From the NCBI GenBank assembly GCA_021613535.1, contig CP075495.1, forward strand, positions 14,508,001-14,572,000: 64,000 nt of DNA, given 5' to 3'. Shown in pieces: positions 21,620 through 33,885 of this stretch. A program made the translations under genes and the position numbers. This DNA comes from Adineta vaga (lineage: Eukaryota > Animalia > Rotifera). Within the stretch, counting starts at the first letter, position 1. Every line of letters starts with the position of its first letter. The notes under the pieces are model-generated. The model ran no database searches, was not told where the DNA came from, and saw only the letters and a list, made by a program, of their open reading frames with translations.

Positions 21620-21890
21620 ATCCTCGACCTCGATTACCCTTCGGTCAACTCTTACATGATGATCATCGGTTAGTTTTCATGGATTTTTGTATTGCTGCAA
21701 TCTGATTGGATTAGAGAACTAAGAAATAGTAATTAATTAATAATAATTAAGAGAAAAATATTTTTGAGGAAGTAACAGCGGATTTGTATTCCTCGACCTC
21801 GATTACCTATGATGAATCATTGTCTGATGACTCGGGGTAGGTTTTCATCGATTTGTAAGCTACTTCCACTTGATCGGCTTGGACAAACAA
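21620..21890. repeat. Degenerate ~170-bp direct duplication
   Basis: TCCTCGACCTCGATTACC occurs at ~21621 and ~21790, each followed by similar ...GTTTTCATxGATTT...TGATxGGxTTxGA sequence. Confidence 0.6.
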
Positions 21891-22220
21891 ACTTAAAAGT
21901 TTTTTAACGCGCCTATAACCCTTTCTTTCAGAAAAGGGAATAAAAATGAAGAGTCATTTGAACGTATGAGATGACTTCATCGCTATAATTGCCATTTACA
22001 TTCGTATTCCATTAATTTAGCTCGTAATTATTCCTCAAATCATCAGCGATTTATTTCACGTTTTATTATTATTTAAAATGGAAACTGAAATGAAAGTGAT
22101 ATCTTTCAATTTTGAAGAAAAACCTTTCAAATATAAATTTCCTTCTATTGAAAATATCGATGTAATTGATGAAATGATTCGTGAACGTTTTGAATTTCCA
22201 AAGGAAATTCGATATAAGCT

Positions 22221-22524
22221 CCCAGGTCGAAAAATCCGAGCCGGATCCCACCGAAACCAGAACATTCCGGCAATTTCATGGAAGCAGGATTCCGAACTAG
22301 ATATTTTCGAATTTTTCCACTCGCTTCTGACTAACCCCTAGTAAGTTCTAGTCGTTTTCCGACGATTCCGACTGGAATTCACCGGAACAGTCCGATCGGA
22401 ATACTGCTTCCATTTTCCTGGGTTTTCCGGTTGGAACCTTTTGGAACTAGCTGGAATATCCTTGGAAAGGCGTGATTTCCGGCAGGTTCAATGCGGATCC
22501 GTAGCCGGGAAACATCGTCCTGGG
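22221..22524. mobile_element. 304-bp MITE with CCCAGG termini and a 2-bp TSD (CMC/EnSpm-like)
   Basis: Left end CCCAGGTCGA; right end TCGTCCTGGG (9/10 inverted match). Flanked by CT at 22219-20 and 22525-26. GC-rich interior with many TTCCG/CGGAA subrepeats. Precise excision restores the host ORF. Confidence 0.88.
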
Positions 22525-23211
22525 CTATTTGATGTAAAAGATGGTGCAGCAATTAGCATTTCATCCATTAAGTATTTGGCAAACGATTCAAGAATATCAA
22601 TCAAATTACGTAATTTAGATTCACGTCCAATGTCAGTAGTTTTTTCAATATAAATATCTATAGAATCTTATTATTTTAGACATCCATCATCAGATACTGA
22701 ACTATCAAATTCAACAAATGCTCCAGGTAAAAGCCCTTTTTTTTACAAGTATGTCTCTTATTTTTCTTTCAGATGTATTATCGTTTAGTGATAATAATGA
22801 TAAACTCTTAATAGATTTATCATCAAATAGTTCTACTAGTGATAGTGATTATAAAAGTAATATTCATTATGCTACAATAGCTGATGATACTAGGACAATG
22901 AAAAAAAGAAATGCTCAACAAAGAAAAAGAACAGAGAATTGCAAATCCTTTGTAACCGAAAAATCTATTACTTCTTAGAAAAATACGGTAAAGCAAACGC
23001 AGGTAAATTGTTATAGATATAGGAAAATATTTGATAATTATTTCTGCAAAATTTTTAGTGTCAACCATGTCAATTCTTCAACAATTGAAAATTCAATTAA
23101 ATATTGGATCTGGTCAAATCTACAATTTCCTAAAATTTGTTCGTCATCAAACAAATGTATCATCGTTAAACTTAAATCAAGTAAACATCGTCGAAATTCT
23201 TTCGAACATAT

Positions 23212-24060
23212 ATCCTAGGCAAAATTGAGTTTTAGGCAAAATTAAACTTAGGTAAAATTCGTTTATAATTAGGCGCATAGTCAAGAAATTAGTTTTTCTT
23301 TTACAATTAAATGCTAGTTTTTATTCAGGTAATTTAGATAAATGTTTTAACCATGATGAATAGAGGGAGACAGCGCAGGTGAATAGATAGTGGAAGTATC
23401 TTAGAAGTATACTGAATTCCCAGATGGTCATAATAGTAATTTCAAAAAAGACAAGATCATTCGACAATTTATAGTTAGTTGGATAAAGCTAGAAAAACAT
23501 GGACGAGACGAAATCATATGACCATCAAACCTTCGCAACTCGCTCGTAGGGATCTGTATGAAGAAGAAAATATTCTTACCGCCTACAGTTGCGACAAGAG
23601 TGAGCTGGAGAAATTGCCACTCGTTCTAGAAAAAGAACATTTTCATACCAGGACTGAACACATTTAAACATTTTTTATAACATCCTTCTTCTCCTCCTTT
23701 TTGGTCGGACTATTAACATATCATACTCATTAATACTTCTTATAACCTCCAAACTATATATTTTTCCCAACTAAATCTAATTTCTAATGAGTACAACTCG
23801 CGAGCTCTATATCTTTCTAAACTTTAGTTCAATTTGAATTGAATACAACTTGCGTACTCTACATCTTCCAAAACTTTCTTTCATTTTTTATTAAATACAA
23901 TTTATCATATAAATACCTATCTAAACTTTATTTCTATATTAATCATAATTTAAAACATACGAACATATTTTAAACTAAGATTCATATTTGAAACTAAAAC
24001 TTAGAATACCTGAAAAATTAAAGTTTAACTTTGCCTAAAACCCAGCTTTACCTTACACAT
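23212..24060. mobile_element. ~850-bp non-autonomous DNA transposon with degenerate TIRs in a TATA context
   Basis: Left TAGGCAAAATTGAGTTTTAGGCAAAATTAAACTT; the right end reverse-complements to TAAGGTAAAGCTGGGTTTTAGGCAAAGTTAAACTT. Both ends abut ATATAT. Confidence 0.65.
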
Positions 24061-24414
24061 ATATAAAACCAAATATATTCATCATACGTGATGCTCATTT
24101 ATACCGTGCTTCTTCTGCTTCTATCTGTTCGTGCTTGTGTTTAACTAAACTTGATTTCATAAGGAAATTTTTTCTTTAAAATACGTTGATAAATCTAAGT
24201 CATCAGTTTATAGTTGTCGTTGTAAATAAAAGATTTCAAATGAATATGAAAATTGAAATTAAATTTCGTTTAATTTATAATTAATTTAATTTAAATATAA
24301 ACTTTCAAAAGGTCATTGTATAGCTTTACTTTGAACGAATTGAACATACCAATTGGATAAAAAGAAATAAATCGATTGATTTTTGTTCAGTAAGATAGTA
24401 AAATAGAAGGTAAA

Positions 24415-25072
24415 ATGGCTCCAACGTGTGATCAACGTAAAAGTGAAACAGTCGCTCCATTATAATATTGATTAGAAAAACAATTATTATCAGATATTGA
24501 CTAAATCAATTCATTATGATTATGTTAATGAAGAAGATTTTGATCAACAAAAAGAAAAAGAAAAAGATGATGAATTAAATGAAAATCTAATTGATGCATT
24601 TTCAACAAAACAATTTCAATCAAAAAGACGAAGAGGATTTAGAAGAAAACCACGACCATTCAGTGAAGAAGATATTGAAGCGTTACAAGAATTATCATGT
24701 GGAAAAGCTTTTTCAAGATTTCCTAGATGAATGAAAAAAGAAGCACAAACAGATGAATCAGTTGGTGATTATCTTAAAGCTTGTGCTTTATTAGCAACGA
24801 AATTACGTCATTGTAAAAACGAATTTTTAGAAAATGATCAAGCTGATCAACAAATTGAAGATTATTATAAAGATCGTGTTGAAGAATATTCAACTTTATC
24901 AAAACAACAATTTCTTAATTTAGCTGAACGTTATAAATCAGATATTCCTCATACAATTGATACATGGTTAAAAAAACGATCAAAATCAAGATCACATGCT
25001 AAGAAAAATAATCCAGGACAATATAAAAGAAATATATTATCAGATGCTTTAGAAGCTTTAGCAAAGAAATAA
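24415..25072 (+). pseudogene. Decayed intronless gene of unknown family
   Basis: MAPTCDQRKSETVAPL*Y*LEKQLLSDI (stops, then a frameshift) leads into 24497-25072, which is one reading frame broken only by TGA at 24728-30 (FSRFPR*MKKEAQ). Composition is strongly coding-like. Confidence 0.6.
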
Positions 25073-25199
25073 TTTTTTTGTTCTTTTGTATTGTATCATT
25101 AGAAATACAACCAGTTCAATTTCTTTTTTCTATGATAATTTGATTTCTACTTTTATTGATTCACAATAGGAATAAATCAATGAAGAATATCATCTTTAT

Positions 25200-26790
25200 C
25201 TGATATGATATCTTTTTATAAAAGATATTGCTTTGATGATGAAGAATTCATTGGAAGATCTTATGTTCACATAGTTTCCGAGTTGATGTCTGTTTTTAGT
25301 CTCTTCATTGAGTTCTTATCTGATAACTTAATTAATAGTTTTTCACTAAGAGATCATAGCGACATCTGGATTTATTGATGATATTTTTATTAATACGGAA
25401 TATTATAGAAATTGGAGATATCGATGTGAAGCTAGCACGGTGGAGCTATCACTACAAAACAAAGAATTGTAAAAAAAGGTATGAAGAAACGAATTCCTGT
25501 CCATAAAAACCATTTCATTCATTGCAGAATTTGATTCTGCGTTGATTACTGCTAGTTTCAATGACGGGAAAACGTTTGGTGAAAATCCAGAGAGGTTTTT
25601 CCGATCTATTTTGGTGTCTCAAAGGATTTTAAGAGGAATTTTCACTCTTCAGAACCTTTTCTCGTCCTTCGAAACTAGATCATTCGATTCAGAAATTAAT
25701 TCTGCGTCGAATGGTGATATTTTTATTTACGGGAAAACGATGGGAAAATTCCATTTGGATTTTTTTCTTCTATACATATACATAGGAGAAATATAAAGAT
25801 CTAGGTAAAACCTTTCTCAATCGTTTTCCCGTAAGTAAAAATATCACCATTCGACGCAGAATTAATTTCTGAATCGAATGATCTAGTTTCGAAGGACGAG
25901 AAAAGGTTCTGAAGAGTGAAAATTCCTCTTAAAATCCTTTGAGACACCAAAATAGATCGGAAAAACCTCTCTGGATTTTCACCAAACGTTTTCCCGTCAT
26001 TGAAACTAGCAGTAATCAACGCAGAATCAAATTGATTTTTAAACAAGGAAGATTGACCAGTTGTATAAATTGGATTATTATCTACAACAAAAGTCGTATA
26101 ATAAAATAATTAAATTGTGAAATTGGAAACAATACCATCATCAACAATAGTTTTTTCAACATATTCTAAATCATGAAATCTATAAGATTAAAATATAATC
26201 AATTGAAGTTCAATCTTACGTAATGTTTTATTAAATTTCTTTGATTTTTCTGGTCGAGATTGAAGTGTGTGTGTTGTATGAAGTATATTATCATTATTTA
26301 ATTGCCAAACAGTTTTCATAACCAATTTTGTCCATATTAAGGGATAATGATGCCAATATACACGTATAATGTTTGTCGATCCACTCAATATATACATTAA
26401 CTGTTGTTGTTGAACAATTGTATTTCAAAATAACACCGGGTTCATCCAAATCACGTTTCTCATCATCAACAGATTCTTCATCATCTTGATCACTATCATC
26501 CGACTCATTTTGCTCTCATACAAACAATCAGACAATAATTCTTTGTTGATGTCAATGCATTTAGTTAAATTAATGATCTTTCAATTTCATAAAAAATACT
26601 TTACATATCTATACTTTCATCCGTATCGTCTATAAGATATGTAACTGGCTTTAAAATCAGTACATTTCCTTTTAATTGTTGATAAATATGTTTTGCAAAT
26701 GAATCGACGAAGAACCGTTCCATATTATTTTGACAGTTTAATAAATTCAATCCATCTTGTACCAAATAATTATCTTGAGTTGAGTAGTGT
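25200..26790 (-). pseudogene. Decayed coding sequence interrupted by the foldback element
   Basis: Minus-strand fragments with stops and frameshifts: ...MERFFVDSFAKHIYQQLKGNVLILKP..., acidic ESDDSDQDDEESVDDE, ...RVYWHHYPLIWTK...IF*SYRFHDLEYVEK...SSLFKNQ|FCNE. The last fragment stays in frame across the excised MITE. Confidence 0.45.
25532..26029. mobile_element. Young foldback MITE with ~210-bp near-perfect inverted arms, ~78-bp spacer and probable AATT TSD
   Basis: 25532-25741 is the reverse complement of 25820-26029 with one visible mismatch, which explains the mirror ORFs 25542+ and 25801-. AATT lies at 25528-31 and 26030-33. Confidence 0.9.
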
Positions 26791-26869
26791 AGAAATCTTT
26801 AACTCGATTGGAGTATTAAACTTCTTCTTCGACTATTAAGCTTATATATCTAGAAGTCGAAGCTTCGAG

Positions 26870-27420
26870 TTTTAAACCTCCACCCTTTCCTCCTTGCCTT
26901 CCAATACCCTCATCCGCTCCCACACTTTGTTCTTAGTGTTCCAACATCCTCATCCACCCACCCCACACCCTCCACAGACGATGCGGTGACCAGATAAACC
27001 AAAAGCTTGGATCTCTCACCTGATATTCAAGAATGAATCTGGTTACCACATTCTCTCTGAAGATGAATATCTCATGATATGTTTCCTAAAAATTCTGGTC
27101 ACTACATTCGCCATGAAGATGTACTTCTCAAGCGCTTCAATATCGGGTGACCAGACGAATGAATTCAAATACTTTACTTTATCTCTCAAACTAGTATAAC
27201 TGGTCACCAGATTCACGGTAGCAGTGAATGTGATTTCAGTCGTGGATGTCTGGTTCTGTATGGTGCAGTGGATAAGTGATATATATCTTAGCAAAGGGGT
27301 CCCTACATAAAAGTCCCTACGTAGGGACTTTTCAAGTAGTGAATCTGGTGATCAGAAAGTAGGGCAAAGAGTAACCTACCGTTATGATCTCACCGGCACT
27401 TCTCTCATCTAAGTTCGTTA
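26870..27420. repeat. GC-richer repeat element with dispersed CTGGTCAC/GTGACCAG motifs and a 24-bp perfect palindrome
   Basis: The motif and variants recur in both orientations at ~26986, 27039, 27096, 27148, 27200 and 27346. Palindrome AAAAGTCCCTACGTAGGGACTTTT at 27309-27332. Confidence 0.5.
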
Positions 27421-27925
27421 CACAAGTGTCATTAAATACATTGCAATTATATTTTTAAAGTCGATAGTTCTATGAAAATAACGATATTCCACTTAGTTGC
27501 TCAATTTGATAGAAATTACCAAGCTAGATTAAGCAGATAATTGATCATTTTGTCTCAACAGTTTATCTTATTCCGGAGTAAATCAGATTAAAACTCATAA
27601 ACAATATTATGAAAGATCTTCACATTTTCTGTCAATGATGATTTATTTATTTCAATCCTTATACTAACAAGATAAACGCCTTATACTTTAACTTTTTGAA
27701 TAAGTTCTCCATAGTACAAAAAAACATTGTTTGCATAAATGTTCTTTTTTCTTTATTCAATCGAAGAGATCTAAATAAAACGAAAAAACGTTCAGTACTG
27801 AAGTACAGCAAATAAGCCGCAATACAGGCTGAAAAAGAAAGGCACATAGAAATTGAAGATGAAAGAAGTGAAGAATAACGTGATTTAAGATTTAAAACAA
27901 CATAAAAAACACTAAAATCAACGAT

Positions 27926-30900
27926 CTATTTTTCATCATCATCGTCATCATTAGGAATTTGTAAATCCGCCCATCCATATTCTTCTCCTTGAATTCCAGC
28001 AACAATACATTGTAAAGCAAGTATTAAATATTCATGTAAATAACAAAAATCAAATTTGTTTTTGGTTATTAAATGATTTTGTGCACAAGATGATGCTAAA
28101 CGTATTAAATGATGATACATTGTCGAAAAATATTCATCATATCGATCCGAATTTGATTCGTCATTATATGGCCAAGATGAAAGAAATCTTTCGATAGATG
28201 TATAATAGGTTTCCGATGATGATTGATTTTGACGAAGAAGTAAATTTGAACAATCAAATGAACCTTGTTCATTGATTTCATAAAGAAATTTTGTTAAAAT
28301 ATGAAACCAACAATGTTGTTCATTGATTAATGGTTTTTTCTTCAAAGGATTTTGATTTGTTGTTTCAAATATATTCTGACGAGATAACCTAAAATGAAAA
28401 TGAATTCGATTTATTACCCATCTGAATTCGATTAAATTACCAATTATGAATAATTTCAATAAAACATATTTCAATTAAATGTAAATGAATATGATCACAT
28501 TCCAGATGAGTTATAGGATCATCTAATCGTAAAATAATTTCTTTATTTACAATAGATAAATCTTCGTTGTTATTATTATTAAGAAATTCCACATGAAATC
28601 GTAATTCTTTTCGTTCAATCAATCGATGAAGAGCTTGTTTCATTGCACGAGCGACAATTGCATGTTCACGTAATTGTACAATAGGTCGATCAATAGCTTA
28701 AAGAAGAGATACAGAAAACTATTTCAATGAAAGAAATAATTAATTTACCTGTTGCCATTACAGCTAAATTTTGTTGTCGAAGTTGAAGAAGAAGACGAGA
28801 AAATAACCATGGAAATGAAAGAATACGTTTTGGATGTTGTGCTTGTTCATATCGATAACAAACGACATAACATGCACTTGCTTTTGCTAATTTATCATCT
28901 AAATAAAAGATTTCCTTATCTTTTTTCTTCATTCCAAGATGATAAATTGAATTTCGTTCACGTTCCATTGCTTCTCGAATATTGAATTCGGCATAAAATA
29001 ATGTTTTTATTCGATCCATTAATGCTTTTAATTCGACTTGAGCTGAATCAGCCACGTCAATATGTTTCGACATACATTGTTGTTGCTGAGAATCAAAACG
29101 ACATATTAAATCAATATCAGAAACAAAATGATAGGCTAACATGATATTTAATATTGCATCACGATATGTTCGATATAAATCACATGCCGCTGATGTATAA
29201 CGATGATAAGATGGATGAATTAAATGAACATCAATTGGAACACGTTCAATAGTTGATGAAATATCATACGATGGATCTTTTTCTTCAGGATGATAAGCCG
29301 AGTGATTAATCATTGACCAAGTTGTTTGTGAACGCAGAATTGAACGAAATAATTTACCAAGAATATGTTCACTGGGATAGAGATCAAATTGATCTTTATC
29401 AATATAATCCGGTCTTTTATAATCTAATTTACTATTTAATTCTTTGATTTTTTGTTCATTAAATGGATGTTTACCCGTTTTACCTGCATCTAATTCTTCG
29501 GAAATAGCAGCAGCTATTGCAATACATTCGTCATGTTGAACACCAAATTTATCTACATAAGCTAAATGTGTGCAACATAATTTTCCTAAACAATCATGTT
29601 CGGATATGGTTAAAACAACATCAACAATATCATCACGTGTTACTGAACGTGCCAGAGGCACAGGTGGTTTTTGTGAATCATAATCATAGGGTTGAAAATT
29701 GTCTGTTGTTGGAACGAGTAAATCAAGCCAAAAGACTGCATATTCATCACCATCAAGATCGGAACCACTGATTTCATTTGAATGTGGTCTTGCACCTTTT
29801 TGTGGAAAGACAACACAATCACGTAAATGTCGTAATTCAGGTTTATCAACTGCATTAAATGTTCTCATATCACCTGGATGATGACATGGATGTTTTGTAA
29901 CAACAACACGAATATTATTCAATATTGTCGTTTCTGTCCATTCGAATTCATTTAAAATTTGATCATCAAAATCATTCGTTGGAGAATTCATTTGTGATTG
30001 ACTTTGACGATAAAGATTTTTCGAACGTAGATTACTAAATTGAACAAAAACTTCACCATATTCCTACAGAAAGAAAACAATTTGAAAGTCAAAGTTCGTT
30101 CTATTAAATTCTCTTACTAAAACACCGTATTCATCCACAATACCAACGAGATTTCTTGCTGATTGTTTAGGTATTCGTGTACGTGATTTTTCTTTCATTT
30201 TAATCAGATCATGATGAATAAATGTCACAATTAATTGACGAAAAAATGGTTCCTCAGCTAAATTTATTTGTCCATCAAGAAATAATTCACGTAAAGGAAA
30301 ATAATTTCGTGTTAATTTATCATAGAGAAAATCATAAGTTATCGATGGATATAATAACGATTCAATCAACCATAAATGATGTTCTTGTTGTAATAATAAA
30401 AAGATAATATCATGAACATGACGATGAGAAAGTAAAACAATCGTTTGACGATTTAAATAAAGTGGACCTAAGAAAAAACGAATAAATATAAGAATTCGAT
30501 TATTTTTTCTTTTCTTTTTTTGAATTTACGTGGTGCAGATATACGACAGGATTCGAGAATATCATGTTCACAATTGAATTTACGCATTGAATGACGTAGA
30601 ACAAGTTGTTGAGAAGAACTATTTAATTCCGGACAAAGCGAAAGAACACCTTTACAACCTCCATAACGAATTTGCATGACACTAAATGGATAATGAAGAC
30701 CGAGTTTTGCTTTAATCTAAAATAGAAATCCATTGAAAACTTCTTGAAAAACATTGAAAACTCTTTACTTCATCACGTAGGATCGTTGACATTGTTCCAC
30801 AACCATCTGTAAAATTATATTTTCCATCTGTTGTTTCTACATCACTTATATATTTGACACATTCTGCTGGAATCTAAAGAAGAAAACGAACTTCATTCAT

Positions 30901-33239
30901 TTCTAGTCATATTCATTATTTATTTTTCTCTACTAAACTTGAATTGTTTCCTCCGTACTTGTAAAACATTGTGCAATTCGTGCTGTATGTTTCGCAACAA
31001 CACGTTCACAATCAAAATCTCCCATCCATAGATATGCATCATCAAATGAAAGATTTGTTGAATCATCTGTTGAATTCTTATCATGATAATAAAACCAGAA
31101 TTGTTTTTCTTTTAATTGAGATTGAGAATGATGAAGATATTTATAAATACGATTAGATACAATTGGAAAACCATCGATTAATAATTGTTTTAGTTTCCAA
31201 CGTATTTGTCGAAAATCTAATGGATATAAAACACCGCCATCTTCTTCACGAATTTCCACTATAATAAAAGGGCCAAAAAATCTTCAAATATCAAACAAAT
31301 GAAATACTTTTACCTAATGCAAAATTAAATGGTCCACCGAAGTTATTCTCTCGTAAAACTCGATTTGTTTTACATAATTTTAATGGTTTGATAACAATAG
31401 TTGTGGGCGTTAACGTAACACTTGGAACGTATTGATAATTTTTCGGCGGTCGTTTTATTGTTGGTTTTGAAAGAAATGTTTGACGTTCTTCAGCACGTAT
31501 TCGTGCTTGACGTGATAAATAATCAATTAATTCTTCGTATAAATCAACAAATAGATGTTCTTTTGTACGTCTCCATAGATGTATACATGTATGATAGAAA
31601 TCTTCATCATCTTCAATTGTATACATTTTTGCGGTAAATAATGGTGTTACACGTTGTTGAAAACGATAACCAAGAGAAACAAGAATTGACCATGCATAAT
31701 TTTTGATAAATGAAGAAAATGGAGGTTTCAATGGACGAAGAATTAAACCAGGAGATGTTTGAATTGAACCATAAGTTATAGCTATATAATTTCTTTGAAA
31801 GAATGATAAAAATTGTGAAAAGACTGATTTAATTTCATTTAAATGCCTTGTTACACTTGCTTGAATTGCATTATTATCCAATTTAATTAACAAACGAAAT
31901 GTTGAACATAATGGTCTCGGTTGTTTAGGTACAACACGAATAAAATTATCTGAACTTGGTTTTGTTCGATCTGAATCTACAGAAAATGTCTTATTTTTCA
32001 ATTTGAAAAGTTAAATAAATCTTAAAACTTACTAAAATAATCAATACAATTCGCTTTCATATTTAGATAAATTAAAAATCCATCATGTAATGTATTAATT
32101 ACTGCACAATTTTCAATAAATTCCGATTTAATTCGTTTTCGATATTCTTCTAATGGATTATCATTGGAAGATTTTTGAAAATCAAGATCAAAATGATTTT
32201 GATAAAATGTTATTTTCCATGTTCGAATTGTTCCATTGAATTTCTTGATTGTTTCAAAACAATGAAATGAACCGAGTGAAACTAATGAACCAAAACTCAT
32301 TTCAACATAAATTCCTTCATTTAATGGACAAAATTTCTTATCGAATTCTTCTTCATTGTCGTTTATTTCTAATGGATTCAATAATGAATCAATAAATTCT
32401 ACTTTTGTTGTTGAATTCATTTCATGTTCAATGAGATTTTCATCGATTTTCGATGATAAACGTGGAAATGTAAACCAAAAGAGATCATTTTTTGTTAATT
32501 GATATTGTTTTAATTTATGAATACATGATGGAAGTGTTGATGCATTTGAATTCGCTAAAGTAAATGTATAAGCATCAAGACTACCTAAACACCAAAGATC
32601 ATGATCAACTTGAACGGTTTTATTTGTTTCATTATGAACTAAATCAATATTTAATTGTTCAAATATATGACAAAGATTATTTAAACTTGTTGATGTACTA
32701 TCAACGATTAGAATTATACGAGATAACGTTGGATTAGAGATTGTTTTGAATGAAAAATCAATGAATGGAGATGGTTTTATAGATTTATAAGATGAGGAAG
32801 TTGATGATGGAGTTGGTGGAAGACATGGTGATAAACTTTGATTGGATAGAGACTAAGAATAAAGAAAAGATTTTTTTTCGTATGGAAAGATTTGATGAAA
32901 TATACAGATGTGGAAGTTGATGGAGAAACACATTGTAAAAGTGTACGAAACCATATTTGATCTTGATTACATTTTGTCTGATGCTAAATTAATCTTTCGT
33001 TTTCTATTTGAAATTGATTTAGATTTCTTTTGACTTACTTTATTAGTTGAATATGAAACATTTGTTTGTTGTTGAGATTTTTTAGAAGAATTAGAACGTG
33101 ATGATAAACGTTTAAACGATACTTGATGAGGAATATTATTTAATGAATAATTCGAAAGATTTTTCGTATGAGAATAAGAATATTTTTGATAAGAAGAATG
33201 ATCATTATAAGAAAAATTAGAATTGAATTCTCGCATCAT
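27926..33239 (-). CDS. Eukaryotic RNA-dependent RNA polymerase (RNAi RdRP), multi-exon
   Basis: Catalytic SGSDLDGDEY (~29741-29769), plus KHTARIAQCFTST, YNFTDGCGT, QIRYGGCKGVL, LVGIVDEYG, VVVTKHPCHHPGD, CVVFPQKGARPH, SEHILGKLFR, ILSFPWL. Exons can be traced by GT-AG joins from ATG 33239 to ...DDDDDEK* 27926. Confidence 0.95.
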
Positions 33240-33885
33240 ATTATACAACTGATGTTAATATTCGAATTTGGAAAGTCAAATCAAAATGTTATACAACTGA
33301 TTCTTAGTTCGATAAATGTTTACTATATATAGTATCTCTTTCTCTCTTTTCATCGTGTAACTAACAAGGTTAAAATACATCTATAACAAACATGTCTCGA
33401 GAGAATAGAGAAAGAAGAAATTCTTCGAGGGTTTTATTCGACAACATTGTAAACTTAACAAAGACAATGTGATTCGTCATATCAAAAGAAAAATAGTTAA
33501 AAAATCGATGAATCATTGTGAATACATGATTAAGTGCATTTTTAGTCAAATGTTTCTTTTGGTAAACGTTATATTCTTCAAAACATTTAAAGAATATGAA
33601 TGACTAAGAAACGAATCCACCGCTTTCATTCAACATACATCTTTGCTCTTAAAAAAAAGAAACTTTCTTCACCATGAACAAAACAATCATCAGATCGAGT
33701 TTATAATTGATTTTCCAACTAGTTTTTCTCTTTCATAGAAGATTTATTTAAAATAAGAACGAATTCTATCACCAAAACAATTTTATATACGAAGTATTTG
33801 AATACAAACATGAGGAAAAGAATATCATATCCACGTACACGAAACAACATATAAGAGGAGAGAACATAAATATACAGATGAGTGA

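Larger units (their letters stand above)
22078..24090 (+). pseudogene. Spliced gene of unknown (possibly transposon) origin disrupted by two nested insertions
   Basis: Removing the 22221-22524 MITE plus one CT restores METEMKVISF...EIRYK-LFDVKDGAAISISS in frame. Further GT-AG exons follow (~22680-22726, 22773-). The downstream ORF ...EILSNIY appears to resume as KTKYIHHT* after the 23212-24060 element. Confidence 0.55.

Noticed and set aside
24728-24730. In-frame TGA as selenocysteine or programmed readthrough
   Set aside because: The same gene has further stops and a frameshift upstream (24463-24500) and no redox motif or evident SECIS, so decay is the simpler explanation.
25542-26046. Two nearly identical small ORFs on opposite strands
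   Set aside because: They are by-products of the foldback MITE arms and lack ATG starts.
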